IMG/VR virus record: IMGVR_UViG_2558860226_000001
Span: 1-64,000 of that record
DNA length: 64,000 bases
Direction: 5' to 3' (one strand)
DNA from: a virus
Lineage: Duplodnaviria; Caudoviricetes
Translations under genes and position numbers: made by a program
The notes under the pieces: model-generated
Seen by the model: only the letters and a program-made list of their open reading frames with translations
Told to the model about the DNA's origin: nothing
Database searches by the model: none
In this document: piece by piece, positions 49,279 to 57,959 of the stretch
Layout of the letters: every line of letters starts with the position of its first letter
How positions within the stretch are numbered: the first letter of the stretch is position 1

Positions 49279-49555
49279 CGTTAATGTTCACACCGGGCGG
49301 ATTTATTCGCCGGATAATCGATGCCCCATGCCACCCAGCCAACCCGCAACACATACCAACCAAAGGCAAGCTCCAGCCTTGCTGAATGCCGAGCAAATAC
49401 ATCATTGCCCCAGCAAACGCTGAAATAACTATGTGATTTCGAATCGGAACATTTTTTGATGATGTGTATGCATATTTGGCTACAGACCCTATCAGGGTCA
49501 TAGCGGCAGCGATCAGGGCAGCAATGAGTTGCTGTCCATCGTACATGTGCTCCAC
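49253..49555 (-). CDS. Holin (LydA-like, three TM)
   Basis: ISAFAG.MMYL..GMCCGLAGW.G; first late gene. Confidence 0.7.
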   Translation of the reverse strand: MEHMYDGQQLIAALIAAAMTLIGSVAKYAYTSSKNVPIRNHIVISAFAGAMMYLLGIQQGWSLPLVGMCCGLAGWHGASIIRRINPPGVNINGDDDGRKQ

Positions 49556-49598
49556 CCGTTAGGCGGCCAGAGAATTAGCGCCCGTGGAGCGCGGAAAT

Positions 49599-49723
49599 AA
49601 AAAACCCCAGCAATTGAGCTGGGGTTTGAATTCTTTTTATTGCTACAAATAAATCCAGTACAATAACAACACGCAATTTCCGCATTGTTGTGCTTATATT
49701 AACCAAATCTATTCAGGTGTCAA
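49599..49723 (-). promoter_or_regulatory. Candidate late promoter pR' and terminator tR'
   Basis: TTGACA at 49718-23 with TAATAT 16 nt downstream; hairpin ccccagc/gctgggg + U-tract at 49599-49627 before the holin. Confidence 0.5.
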
Positions 49724-49776
49724 TATATACAAAATAAAAACCCCGCTGGAGCGGCGTGTACTGGGTTGTCATGGGT

Positions 49777-49958
49777 TTATATGTTTTCTTCATCCAGAAT
49801 CTCAACGATTTTCCCAGTTTTTTCTATCGGATTGCCATTCTCATCGCGCAAGTGGACATTAAGAGTCTCTCCGATAAAATCATTCAGGTCGCCGTCGATT
49901 GTGTCTTCATTAACTGTACCAACGGTGTCATCATCCAGCAAAACTGTCCATTTTTCAT
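49777..49958 (-). CDS. Unannotated 60-aa acidic protein, candidate anti-CRISPR; one A missing in the run after ATG
   Basis: Restoring A6 gives MKKWTVLLDDDTVGTVNEDTIDGDLNDFIGETLNVHLRDENGNPIEKTGKIVEILDEENI; SD, promoter and terminator present. Confidence 0.6.
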
Positions 49959-50010
49959 GATGTAGCCCTTATTTGTGATTGAATGTGTGTCGCTTCGTCT
50001 TGATGGCTTC

Positions 50011-50039
50011 AATATAACCCCTTAATGGTTATGTGTCAA
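50011..50039 (-). promoter_or_regulatory. Promoter with Aca-type operator (copy 2)
   Basis: TTGACA-N17-TATATT enclosing ATAACC-N7-GGTTAT. Confidence 0.75.
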
Positions 50040-50051
50040 CGTGCGGATGGT

Positions 50052-50234
50052 TTATTTTGTGACGGGTATCTCTCTTCTGACGGTGCAGAGGAATGCCCTT
50101 CCATCATCGTCGATGTGGACTATCGTTTCAGACGATAGCCACTTTGTGATTTTTTGTGGTGGAACACCCATGTGGCGAGCGAATTCTGCCCGGCTACCGC
50201 CAAAATTCTGATCGATGTAATCGGCTAATTTCAT
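50052..50234 (-). CDS. Anti-CRISPR-associated HTH repressor, Aca5-like
   Basis: YID.NFGG.RAEFARHMGV..Q...KW...VRREIP; directly after the acrIF11-like gene. Confidence 0.75.
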   Translation of the reverse strand: MKLADYIDQNFGGSRAEFARHMGVPPQKITKWLSSETIVHIDDDGRAFLCTVRREIPVTK

Positions 50235-50235
50235 A

Positions 50236-50733
50236 TTATTCTGCCGTTATTTTTGGGTTAACGATTAAATAACTGGTGCCGTGCTCGTCTCTCATTTCTA
50301 CAGCATCAAAACCAAGGTGCGCCGCAACGCGACCGCGTAGGCGTTGAATTTCCCACGAATATGCACCCCCGATATCAGATCCGAGCCGAGGAAATAACAA
50401 TACATCAGCAAATTCATCATCTTGATTTTCGTCATCAACTATTGCGCGGGCTAATTCATTAACTCTATCCATGTTTTCAGAATTAATTTCATATTGATCG
50501 AGCAGAAATCTTACTATCTCCTCAAAATTGGCATCCAAGTCGCGTGATTCAGCCACCCTTTCTTCATCAACAATATATGTAAAAATGTTACCGTTTCCGT
50601 GGGATGCCGCTGCGTCCCAGTCGCCGCTGGCAAAGATGCCATCAAATACGTTTTCGCTAGCACCGAGCATTTCGAATGCGCCAACTTTTATTGCTGGAGC
50701 TACGGTACTGCATGAGCCGTGAAACAGTTTCAT
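50236..50733 (-). CDS. acrIF11: AcrIF11-family anti-CRISPR ADP-ribosyltransferase
   Basis: LFHGS, VFDGIF, A.SHG, WEIQRLRG..A..LG...VEM.DEHGT motifs match AcrIF11 as recalled. Confidence 0.85.
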   Translation of the reverse strand: MKLFHGSCSTVAPAIKVGAFEMLGASENVFDGIFASGDWDAAASHGNGNIFTYIVDEERVAESRDLDANFEEIVRFLLDQYEINSENMDRVNELARAIVDDENQDDEFADVLLFPRLGSDIGGAYSWEIQRLRGRVAAHLGFDAVEMRDEHGTSYLIVNPKITAE

Positions 50734-50765
50734 TTTTTGGGCCTCAACCTCGTTTTGATGGCCTA

Positions 50766-50794
50766 ACTATAACCACTTTATGGTTATACATCAA
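50766..50794 (-). promoter_or_regulatory. acr promoter with Aca-type operator (copy 1)
   Basis: TTGATG-N17-TATAGT enclosing ATAACC-N7-GGTTAT. Confidence 0.75.
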
Positions 50795-50891
50795 GATGGC
50801 GGACGAATTATTTTTCTCTGCGCATTCAGCCAATTCGATTAGCGCCCAACCATGTGAGCGCTATGTGAGCACGCATCGACTTCAAGGCGAA

Positions 50892-51704
50892 TTAACTGGT
50901 AACGCGCCTCAAATTAATCTCTGCAGTTGATTCCGCCTGATGACACGCCGAAACGAGCCGCTCATACATCGGTTTTACATGGCGTGACCATGTCGGCTGT
51001 GATATCTCAACGCCAGCGGCACATAGCGCCCTGCGGACGCTCTCAGCTGGCAATCGAGAGTATCCAGTGCCGTGGCACCGCTCACATTCTTTTGTCACCG
51101 GTATTCCGCCATTTATCGCTGTAGCCCGCTCATCAATCACAATTCCGCGTCCACGGCACCGGCATGAATTACTGACCAACCCCCTTCCTTTGCAGGTCGG
51201 GCATTGCACACGGACTATCTCGCGCCGTTCGTGAGTAACATTGCAAGCTAGCGGTTTATCCAGCATTTCGATTTTCGGCATAGCATCAATGACGCGTTTT
51301 CCATACGCCGCCTTCAGACTGAACACCTCCACGTCGATAAACCCATCATCGCAGTCAGGGCAACGCTTTACGCTTGCAGCACTACGCGCATAGTCATGAT
51401 ATGCAAATGTTGCGAGCAATTGCAGCGCTCGCAGTTTACTATCTGCATCGAGTTCTGAAAGAGGTTTGCAGTGTCCCGCCAGACTTTTTGCAATCTCTAT
51501 CAACCCCTCAATGGCTTTATCAGGGCTGCTTACCCCGATTTTAGCGAGAAACAAATCCATCCCAATGCCGCTAGATTGGTGACTCATGCCGATAGCGGCC
51601 ATCACATCACTGATACCTAATCTGTCGCTTGCTGTTGCCGGTGATTCGTCGGAGAGTTTTGGTGATTTCGGCGAGAAAAATTTAGGAATTGATTCTAGAT
51701 TCAC
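50892..51704 (-). CDS. Late antiterminator Q (Cys-rich type)
   Basis: NLES..KFFSPKS..DVMAAIG..DYARSAAS; CxxC clusters; end of nin region. Confidence 0.87.
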   Translation of the reverse strand: MNLESIPKFFSPKSPKLSDESPATASDRLGISDVMAAIGMSHQSSGIGMDLFLAKIGVSSPDKAIEGLIEIAKSLAGHCKPLSELDADSKLRALQLLATFAYHDYARSAASVKRCPDCDDGFIDVEVFSLKAAYGKRVIDAMPKIEMLDKPLACNVTHERREIVRVQCPTCKGRGLVSNSCRCRGRGIVIDERATAINGGIPVTKECERCHGTGYSRLPAESVRRALCAAGVEISQPTWSRHVKPMYERLVSACHQAESTAEINLRRVTS

Positions 51705-51972
51705 TTGGATTTCCTCCGCTCTGGATATGCATCCCATGACTGATAATGCGCCGGTTTAACCGCCGGAATTATTGGTGCAAACAAAGTCAGAATGTAAGGA
51801 AGATATTTCATGATTTATCACCCTTGTTCAGTGAGTATCGATTGATAATTTCCCGGCGGCGCTCATTTTTCCACTCAATCGACTTTTCATGATCGGATAT
51901 TTCTTTTTCCAGTCTAAGTAATTCCGCTGTCACATGCGTAGGGATTTTATCGATCATAATCCACCTCGGTAT

Positions 51973-52161
51973 TCACAGTTCCGAATCTATCTTGCCGTGT
52001 TGTGTATATTTTTTTTTGCGCAAGCGCTCTCTTGTTGTGCTCATCTCCTGACTGACTCGCATAGTGCCGTCTCTTTTTTGAATGACACAGTGATGATGCT
52101 TTTCAGTTGCACGCAGGTATCGCGCTTCTTCTATTGCCGCGTTGATATTTGTAAACATCAT
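51973..52161 (-). CDS. Hypothetical nin-region protein
   Basis: Coupled ORF; FTNINAAIEEARYL. Confidence 0.6.
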   Translation of the reverse strand: MMFTNINAAIEEARYLRATEKHHHCVIQKRDGTMRVSQEMSTTRERLRKKKYTQHGKIDSEL

Positions 52162-52385
52162 GCTGCCTCCCTGTTAGCCTGCATTGCATTCAGATATAGG
52201 CCGTTAAAGCTGTATCTTATGCCATCCCAAATATTTTCCAGCGTAGCATATGGGAAATAACTCAAATAAAAATTCTCTGCTTTGTCTATTTCATTAAACA
52301 AGTCACTGCGGCTTTGTGCCCTGATAATGAAAATGACATCTTGAAATATCGCTGCCGTTTCGCATGGGTAAATTATTTTGGTCAT
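52158..52385 (-). CDS. Hypothetical nin-region protein
   Basis: ATGA-coupled at both ends. Confidence 0.6.
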   Translation of the reverse strand: MTKIIYPCETAAIFQDVIFIIRAQSRSDLFNEIDKAENFYLSYFPYATLENIWDGIRYSFNGLYLNAMQANREAA

Positions 52386-52744
52386 ACCTTCCCCAATTCA
52401 ATAATGACGATATCCAAACTGCCGCCTTTAACTTGATCGCCACGCCTTACTCTGAAATCATCTATCTGTTCATCATCCAGCATGAATCCGGCGTGCGTGA
52501 GCGAATCAAAAACCGCCTTTTGCAGGTTATCGAGGTCACGTCTTCGCTTGTCTGGAGCGCTGGCGATGATGGAAATTTTCAGTCTTGCGGGAGTATTGAT
52601 ATCGAGGTTTTGTTGCTGGATTATCTGGATGATTCTTTGACGGTATTCTTTGCCTTTCTCGCTGATATAGTGCCCGTGTCGTGCGTGTCGCCAGTATGTG
52701 TTTAGGCTTGGTGGCCACGGCAATTTGAGGTGATATTCAGTCAT
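52382..52744 (-). CDS. rusA: Holliday junction resolvase RusA
   Basis: LPWPPSLNTYWR, PDKRRRDLDN..KA.FDSL..AGF..DDEQ. Confidence 0.93.
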   Translation of the reverse strand: MTEYHLKLPWPPSLNTYWRHARHGHYISEKGKEYRQRIIQIIQQQNLDINTPARLKISIIASAPDKRRRDLDNLQKAVFDSLTHAGFMLDDEQIDDFRVRRGDQVKGGSLDIVIIELGKV

Positions 52745-52747
52745 CGC

Positions 52748-53236
52748 TTAATCTCCGGCATAGAATTCACCATGATTTTCTTTGCAAAATGATATGTAGG
52801 CATTTTTTGCATCTGATAATTCATTAAAAAGGCCAAGATAATATCTTTTCCCATTTAGTCCGGCCTGAGCTTGCCATTTACTTGTTCGCTTATTCCACAC
52901 AACCCCTTTAACTCCTGATGTGTTGTTTGATGGAACTGCTCTATTCATTTGATTTTCCGACTTGCTGCATTCCCTTAAATTATTTAATGAGTTGTTATCT
53001 TTGTTTCTATCCAAGTGGTCTAAGTTTGAAGGCCAATACTTATGCTTGTAAAACCAGGCGAGACGATGCGCAAGGTGCAATTCTCCAAATAATTTAATCA
53101 TGCGATAACCTAGGTTGTTTATATATCCGGCCTCGTCACCTTTTTTAACGCCACCCGTTCTATCCACATTCCATGTGAAAATTCCTGTAGATTCATCGTA
53201 ATTAATCAACTCAATTAGTTGTCGATGACTTAGCAT
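52748..53236 (-). CDS. HNH-AP2 homing endonuclease
   Basis: AHRLAW..DH.DRNK.NN...NLR; NTSGVKGV.W AP2 domain. Confidence 0.88.
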   Translation of the reverse strand: MLSHRQLIELINYDESTGIFTWNVDRTGGVKKGDEAGYINNLGYRMIKLFGELHLAHRLAWFYKHKYWPSNLDHLDRNKDNNSLNNLRECSKSENQMNRAVPSNNTSGVKGVVWNKRTSKWQAQAGLNGKRYYLGLFNELSDAKNAYISFCKENHGEFYAGD

Positions 53237-53520
53237 TTGATCTTTCCCTCCGCCAGTAACACGGCCTGCGTCCTGATTACACCCTCAAGGTGTGCCAGAT
53301 GTGCGCTATCTGCGTCTGTGAGGCGTGTACGGCGGTCTATCTCGTCATGGCACGACGAGCATGTCCACGCGCCGAAAAGGTCATCAGGCTTCATTCCTGT
53401 GCCGCAAATGCCAGACATTCGGTAATGCGCCAGCACCACGGTTTCAGCATTGCCGTTACAAATGCCCTGAAGCCTGACCTGACACTCGCGGCCTCTGGCC
53501 TCTTTGCGTAAATTAGCCAT
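53230..53520 (-). CDS. DUF1364 / YbcO-family protein
   Basis: LRKEARGRECQVRL.GICN...ETVVLAHYR..CSSCHDEID. Confidence 0.88.
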   Translation of the reverse strand: MANLRKEARGRECQVRLQGICNGNAETVVLAHYRMSGICGTGMKPDDLFGAWTCSSCHDEIDRRTRLTDADSAHLAHLEGVIRTQAVLLAEGKIKC

Positions 53521-53803
53521 TCATTAGCTCCTTTTCTCTCTCGTCTTCGTGAGTGAAGTCGTCGCCGTCAATGGGCATGAGCCATGCGCCGGGGCATTTG
53601 CAGTTTTGCCCCGGCTGAATAATTCCCTTTACTCCGTAAAGCGGTGAGTTAGTGGAATTGACGCGCCAAATGTCATTTCTGTTTTTGTGCGGGCCATAAT
53701 CTACGGCACCCAAAAACTCAAACAGGTTTACAACCCTGCCAATGTTTTCGTGATTTATACTGTAAACAATAATAGCCATCCCTCCAATTCTTAATTCAGC
53801 CAT
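53513..53803 (-). CDS. Hypothetical protein
   Basis: Coupled ORF ending LMPIDGDDF. Confidence 0.6.
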   Translation of the reverse strand: MAELRIGGMAIIVYSINHENIGRVVNLFEFLGAVDYGPHKNRNDIWRVNSTNSPLYGVKGIIQPGQNCKCPGAWLMPIDGDDFTHEDEREKELMNG

Positions 53804-53972
53804 TATTTTCCTCCCGCACTATATCCATCACATCACCGCCCAATAATTCATCCGTGCATTTTTCGCACGCATAAACCTCATTTTCCTTCAGACCGCCACC
53901 GCATTGAATGCAATATCCTGCACGCTCTATGCACTGTCGCTGATAGTCAGTTATTTGATTCTGAGTTAGCAT
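53796..53972 (-). CDS. NinF-like zinc-finger protein
   Basis: YQ...IERA..C..C...L...EVYACEKC..ELL. Confidence 0.65.
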   Translation of the reverse strand: MLTQNQITDYQRQCIERAGYCIQCGGGLKENEVYACEKCTDELLGGDVMDIVREENNG

Positions 53973-54258
53973 TATATTTCTCCGGGTTCTCATCAATCCA
54001 CATCAGGAATAGCAGGCAGCAAATGGCATGAGCTAAATGTGGCAATCCGCTCTCATCATCCAGTCGCTCACCATCCCACCATGCTGTTATATGCCGTATG
54101 CTGGCATCAAAATAGCGACGACGAGCATCAGGAACGGTTTTCCAATTATCAATAGCGTATTTCTTTGCTCCGAATTCCAGAACATCCACAACGCTCTTTA
54201 TTGCACCTAATGGCAGTAGACTAAATCGCCATTTACCGACATCGTTTTTTGTCGTCAT
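53947..54258 (-). CDS. dATP/dGTP diphosphohydrolase-like protein (DUF5664)
   Basis: K.DVGK.R.SLLP..VL.FGAKKY..DNW..RH..D.ESGLPHLAHA.CCL.FL. Confidence 0.82.
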   Translation of the reverse strand: MTTKNDVGKWRFSLLPLGAIKSVVDVLEFGAKKYAIDNWKTVPDARRRYFDASIRHITAWWDGERLDDESGLPHLAHAICCLLFLMWIDENPEKYNANSESNN

Positions 54259-54425
54259 CGCGTAATCCTGTTTCTGGTTCTGTCCCACATAGCCTTTTTG
54301 AGTCCGTAGACATAATCGAATGTCTGGACTTCACTAGCTGGCGGGATTTTCTTGGGTTTATTTCGACTGCTGCGGGTGGGTCTGAATATACAATTGTCAC
54401 AAACTACTTGGGTTGGGCTTCTCAT
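54255..54425 (-). CDS. NinE-like protein
   Basis: RSPTQ...DN.IF.PT..SR.K...IP.ASEV.TFDYV. Confidence 0.72.
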   Translation of the reverse strand: MRSPTQVVCDNCIFRPTRSSRNKPKKIPPASEVQTFDYVYGLKKAMWDRTRNRITR

Positions 54426-54870
54426 CACCCTCACCTCCTGAGCGTTGCGCCCATTCATACTCGCGTCGAGATTCATCGCTCCATTTGACACTCCTCTCAG
54501 AGCCAAACCAAAATATGATTTCTATCAACTCTGTCATGCTGGCCTTGCGCATCTTGCTTGTGCGAACGCCGAACAGCACAACACCGCCATCGATACCCGG
54601 CGCACTGCGTTGCTCCTGACGTTTCGTTTTCAGCCATAGCGCTGTGAAAATGTCCTTCCAGTCGCTTTCGTCATACCGCTTACCATGCCAAAGAACTTGC
54701 CGTGAAACGTCCTGCAGCATCGGCCACATGCGGTCGTTTTGCGCTTTACTTCGCTTGGGTTCTTTGACGTGAATTTCGTGCGGTGATTTGTCGTCAATTG
54801 GTAATGCGAGGATGGTGTCTATTGCGTTATTTCTGATCGCTTCATTGCGAAGCAGGTAGGTTTGCTTCAC
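54397..54870 (-). CDS. ninB: NinB/Orf recombination protein
   Basis: KRS.AQN.RMW.ML.DVSRQVLWHG..RTSKMR. Confidence 0.9.
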   Translation of the reverse strand: MKQTYLLRNEAIRNNAIDTILALPIDDKSPHEIHVKEPKRSKAQNDRMWPMLQDVSRQVLWHGKRYDESDWKDIFTALWLKTKRQEQRSAPGIDGGVVLFGVRTSKMRKASMTELIEIIFWFGSERSVKWSDESRREYEWAQRSGGEGDEKPNPSSL

Positions 54871-54972
54871 TGTTTATTCCTATATTTCGTGATTACGAAT
54901 CAGGGTGAGTAAAATACAGCAGCGCAATAACAAAAATTGCACTGATTGCTATTTCAAAAAATTCTATAAATT

Positions 54973-55251
54973 TCATGGCTTTCTGCCTTGCACGGTGATG
55001 CCAGCTGCGCGGATAGCATTTGCTGCGTGCTCTCGCATCATATTCCAGTCGTCACCTTCCCAAGCGACTTGATGCGCCCCCATCGCTGCCGGTATCTCAA
55101 CCACCAGCGCAGCGCGGCTGGCTTGCCATGCCTCCCAGCTGCTTTTGTGCAGTTTTTTAATGGACAGTAGGCTAGCCCCATTCCGCATCATTTCTTCCTT
55201 TTGCGGCTTAAACCACGCCTCAAACTCACTGCGCATCTGGTCTGTGCTCAT
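54973..55251 (-). CDS. Hypothetical protein
   Basis: FEAWF..WEAWQASRA motif typical of lambdoid nin regions. Confidence 0.65.
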   Translation of the reverse strand: MSTDQMRSEFEAWFKPQKEEMMRNGASLLSIKKLHKSSWEAWQASRAALVVEIPAAMGAHQVAWEGDDWNMMREHAANAIRAAGITVQGRKP

Positions 55252-55450
55252 GGCCTGCCTCGCTCAAATCGTCGATTAGCAAAATATTATAAATTACAGG
55301 CTGGTACCTGCGCCTATACTCCATCACCGGTATCATTATACCCAGCACCCAGAACATGAGTCCGAATATTAATCCGCCGTGATGTGGCGATACAGACATC
55401 AAAACCATGACCATGCTTCCCAACCACAGGAAGCCAAGCAGACATGTCAT
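55226..55450 (-). CDS. Hypothetical membrane protein
   Basis: Two hydrophobic segments; coupled ORF. Confidence 0.5.
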   Translation of the reverse strand: MTCLLGFLWLGSMVMVLMSVSPHHGGLIFGLMFWVLGIMIPVMEYRRRYQPVIYNILLIDDLSEAGHEHRPDAQ

Positions 55451-55797
55451 ACCATCCGCCTCCCAATCTCCGCCGCAGCCTCGACGATGGCACGGCGAGT
55501 GGCGGCTAATTCATCCGCTCCGTTGACCCTGACGCTCAGGCCCGCAATGGTTTCTGCTAGAGCCGATTCCGTTGTAATGCTAACCCGCATACGCAATTCT
55601 ACCGCCAGCCTGAAAGCATCGCCGTCGTTGGTTAGAGGATTCCAATATGAATGCATCGCGGCCATGATTTTGTTCTTTGGTGCTGGCAAACGGGGTCCGA
55701 AATACAAGCCGTGGCCTTCTCTTTCGGCGTAATCAAAATCAAGCGGACCCATCCCGGCAGCCTTCGCCGCCAGCTCCAGCAATTCGCGGTCAGTCAT
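55447..55797 (-). CDS. Hypothetical phage protein
   Basis: DRELLELAAKAAG..WNPL..DGDA.RLAV..ATRRAIV. Confidence 0.72.
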   Translation of the reverse strand: MTDRELLELAAKAAGMGPLDFDYAEREGHGLYFGPRLPAPKNKIMAAMHSYWNPLTNDGDAFRLAVELRMRVSITTESALAETIAGLSVRVNGADELAATRRAIVEAAAEIGRRMV

Positions 55798-56212
55798 GCC
55801 CCACCTCCACCAACTCCTGCGGCACTTCTACTTCTTCCCCAAGCACCGATGCGACTACAGCGCGGCAAATGGCGATCAACTGCGTCTCACCTCTCTGGAT
55901 TGCGTTATCCACGTGTGGATGAATGCTGGCAATGTGAGTTAATCTATTTTCGTCCTCGTCGTCACTGAGCCATATTCCATATTTCTCAATAAGCGGGGCA
56001 CATTCTTTCCAATGTGTGCTGGGGCTGTATCCCATCTTGTCGAAAGAGCCGATTTTTAATTTCGGGTCTGATAGCTCATCGCCCCATATCCAATATCCGC
56101 CGTTTGCTCCAATCCCAAAATCCATTGGATCATACTTAATTTCATGACCATCAGCGGTCGCTACAGCCCAATCAAGCGCCGCTCCACTCAACTCACTTGT
56201 TTTCACTTTCAC
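55790..56212 (-). CDS. NinX (DUF2591)-like protein
   Basis: ELSGAALDWAVA..YSPST.W....PLIEKY.I..LIAICRAVV. Confidence 0.75.
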   Translation of the reverse strand: MKVKTSELSGAALDWAVATADGHEIKYDPMDFGIGANGGYWIWGDELSDPKLKIGSFDKMGYSPSTHWKECAPLIEKYGIWLSDDEDENRLTHIASIHPHVDNAIQRGETQLIAICRAVVASVLGEEVEVPQELVEVGHD

Positions 56213-56227
56213 TTTTCACCCCTTTAA

Positions 56228-56437
56228 TCAGTAAGGAATACATTCATCACAACCAGCAGACCAGCCAACTCCACCACATTTAGGGCAGACATATGGCTCG
56301 GCATCTTCATCCTGCGTCAGTCTTTTTAGAACTGATTCCAAGTGCTCACTTTCGAATCCATCTTGGAAAAAGCAGGTGATTAGTTGCGTCAGTTCATCCT
56401 GTTCAAATTCATTGAGTTCGATTTGCATCGCTTTCAC
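56228..56437 (-). CDS. Hypothetical acidic Cys-containing protein
   Basis: ORF with AAGG SD; CPKC..C..C. Confidence 0.5.
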   Translation of the reverse strand: MKAMQIELNEFEQDELTQLITCFFQDGFESEHLESVLKRLTQDEDAEPYVCPKCGGVGWSAGCDECIPY

Positions 56438-56646
56438 CTTTAACTTTTCTCGCGCACAAACTCGCGCCGCCTATTCCTGTTTGTTTATATTGCCTTCACC
56501 AACGGCGTGATATTCGTTTAGTGCGTCAACGATGACATCGATAATATCCCCTGTTGACATTTGTCCGAGAATTTCAATAACGCTAAAACTTTGTTCAACC
56601 CCAAAAAAACTTTGTAGCGCCAAAATTAATTCTTGGTATGTAGTTT

Positions 56647-57132
56647 TCACGGTCTCACCTCATCTCTAATGCGCTCTATTTCGCTAATTGCTGATAACAT
56701 CCCGATCCGCATACGTTCCGATTTTTCCAACCGCAATTTATCTCGCACAATTGCCAGCGCTGAATTGAGTGATTCAATTTTCGCCTGTGCAATTGCCTGT
56801 CTATGTGTTTGTTTTAGTGCTGGCTTGATATTTACTTTCGGAGTCCATAGCGATTTACGGCTTCTTTGCTCTGCCATGATAGCGTCTAACATTTCTCGCT
56901 CGTTTTGCATAGAATCACCCAATGTCACATGCATATGGCTTATGATGTATTCCGGCGTTTCTTTCACCTCAATCCTGTCACCGCTAGTCATTCTCAGAAC
57001 TGTTCTCCCAGCAGAAAAAAATGATTCGATGTGGCTAGGCTGAATATAAATCGGCTCATACTCGATTCGCTCTTGTCCATCGATTCCTGCCGATTGAATT
57101 AGGTGTACCTGACTTAATTTGATTACGTTCAT
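56647..57132 (-). CDS. Hypothetical protein
   Basis: AGGAGG SD; 161 aa. Confidence 0.65.
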   Translation of the reverse strand: MNVIKLSQVHLIQSAGIDGQERIEYEPIYIQPSHIESFFSAGRTVLRMTSGDRIEVKETPEYIISHMHVTLGDSMQNEREMLDAIMAEQRSRKSLWTPKVNIKPALKQTHRQAIAQAKIESLNSALAIVRDKLRLEKSERMRIGMLSAISEIERIRDEVRP

Positions 57133-57156
57133 ATCACATCCTCCTGTTTATTCGGT

Positions 57157-57366
57157 CTAGGCGTCAACGTCCCAATCTGAGAACTCGATAATTAAATCGA
57201 ATACCCGTTCGATTGATGCTTTCGCCTGCTGTAAATTCTCCGCTGATTCAGCATCAGCGCACTTAACGCCGTTAAGCTGCCCCATAACCAACTCCTTAAA
57301 CTCTATGGCGTCTTTGCGGTTGCTGATTGCTCTGGTTCTGCTGAGAAAGTCGATGATTTCAGCCAT
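57157..57366 (-). CDS. Hypothetical protein
   Basis: TGATG-coupled to upstream gene. Confidence 0.55.
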   Translation of the reverse strand: MAEIIDFLSRTRAISNRKDAIEFKELVMGQLNGVKCADAESAENLQQAKASIERVFDLIIEFSDWDVDA

Positions 57367-57959
57367 CACGCAGCCCCTTTGTTTTCGATGAGGAACATCC
57401 CGTTGCGGATCTGCTTGGCTTTGGTCACATCGCCCAGCAAAAACGGCTTTGGCGCTTCCTGAAATCCAGAGCGGATGTTTTGGGCATCGTCCATGCCGAT
57501 CAGGATGGTTTCGCACTTCTGCACACCAGTGATCAGCATCGCTCGGTAGCGCTTCTCAAACTCACGCGCTCGGAACGGCAACTCCTCCTCAGTGACGCCA
57601 GCAAACTCAATCCAGCCACCCATTTCAGAAATCACTGCGTGAATCGCGGGATCATCGAATACAACGCTGTTGCGGCGTCCGTAGCTGCAAATGGCCTTGT
57701 ATGCCTTGCTCCATGCCTGTAACGCTCTGCCGTCCTTGTTTCCCTCGATGTGCCGTAGCAGGTCAGCAGGCTTGGGAAAGAATTGCCCGTTGTCGGTGTC
57801 GCGGGTATGCCCCTGAAATGCTCTTTGCACGTCCTCAGACGGATACGGCTTTAGGGCGTTCCAGTAAATCCCGATCATCACCTCGGAAATCTCTTTCCCG
57901 TATATCTCGCCAATCGCTGCCATCGACTGAGCGAACTTAGGTTTTTCAGTGTCGTTCAT
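57366..57959 (-). CDS. Replication-associated protein in the P slot (DUF6475-like)
   Basis: FFPKPADL..A..AW..SVVFDDPAIH.VI..MGGW; follows O. Confidence 0.75.
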   Translation of the reverse strand: MNDTEKPKFAQSMAAIGEIYGKEISEVMIGIYWNALKPYPSEDVQRAFQGHTRDTDNGQFFPKPADLLRHIEGNKDGRALQAWSKAYKAICSYGRRNSVVFDDPAIHAVISEMGGWIEFAGVTEEELPFRAREFEKRYRAMLITGVQKCETILIGMDDAQNIRSGFQEAPKPFLLGDVTKAKQIRNGMFLIENKGAA

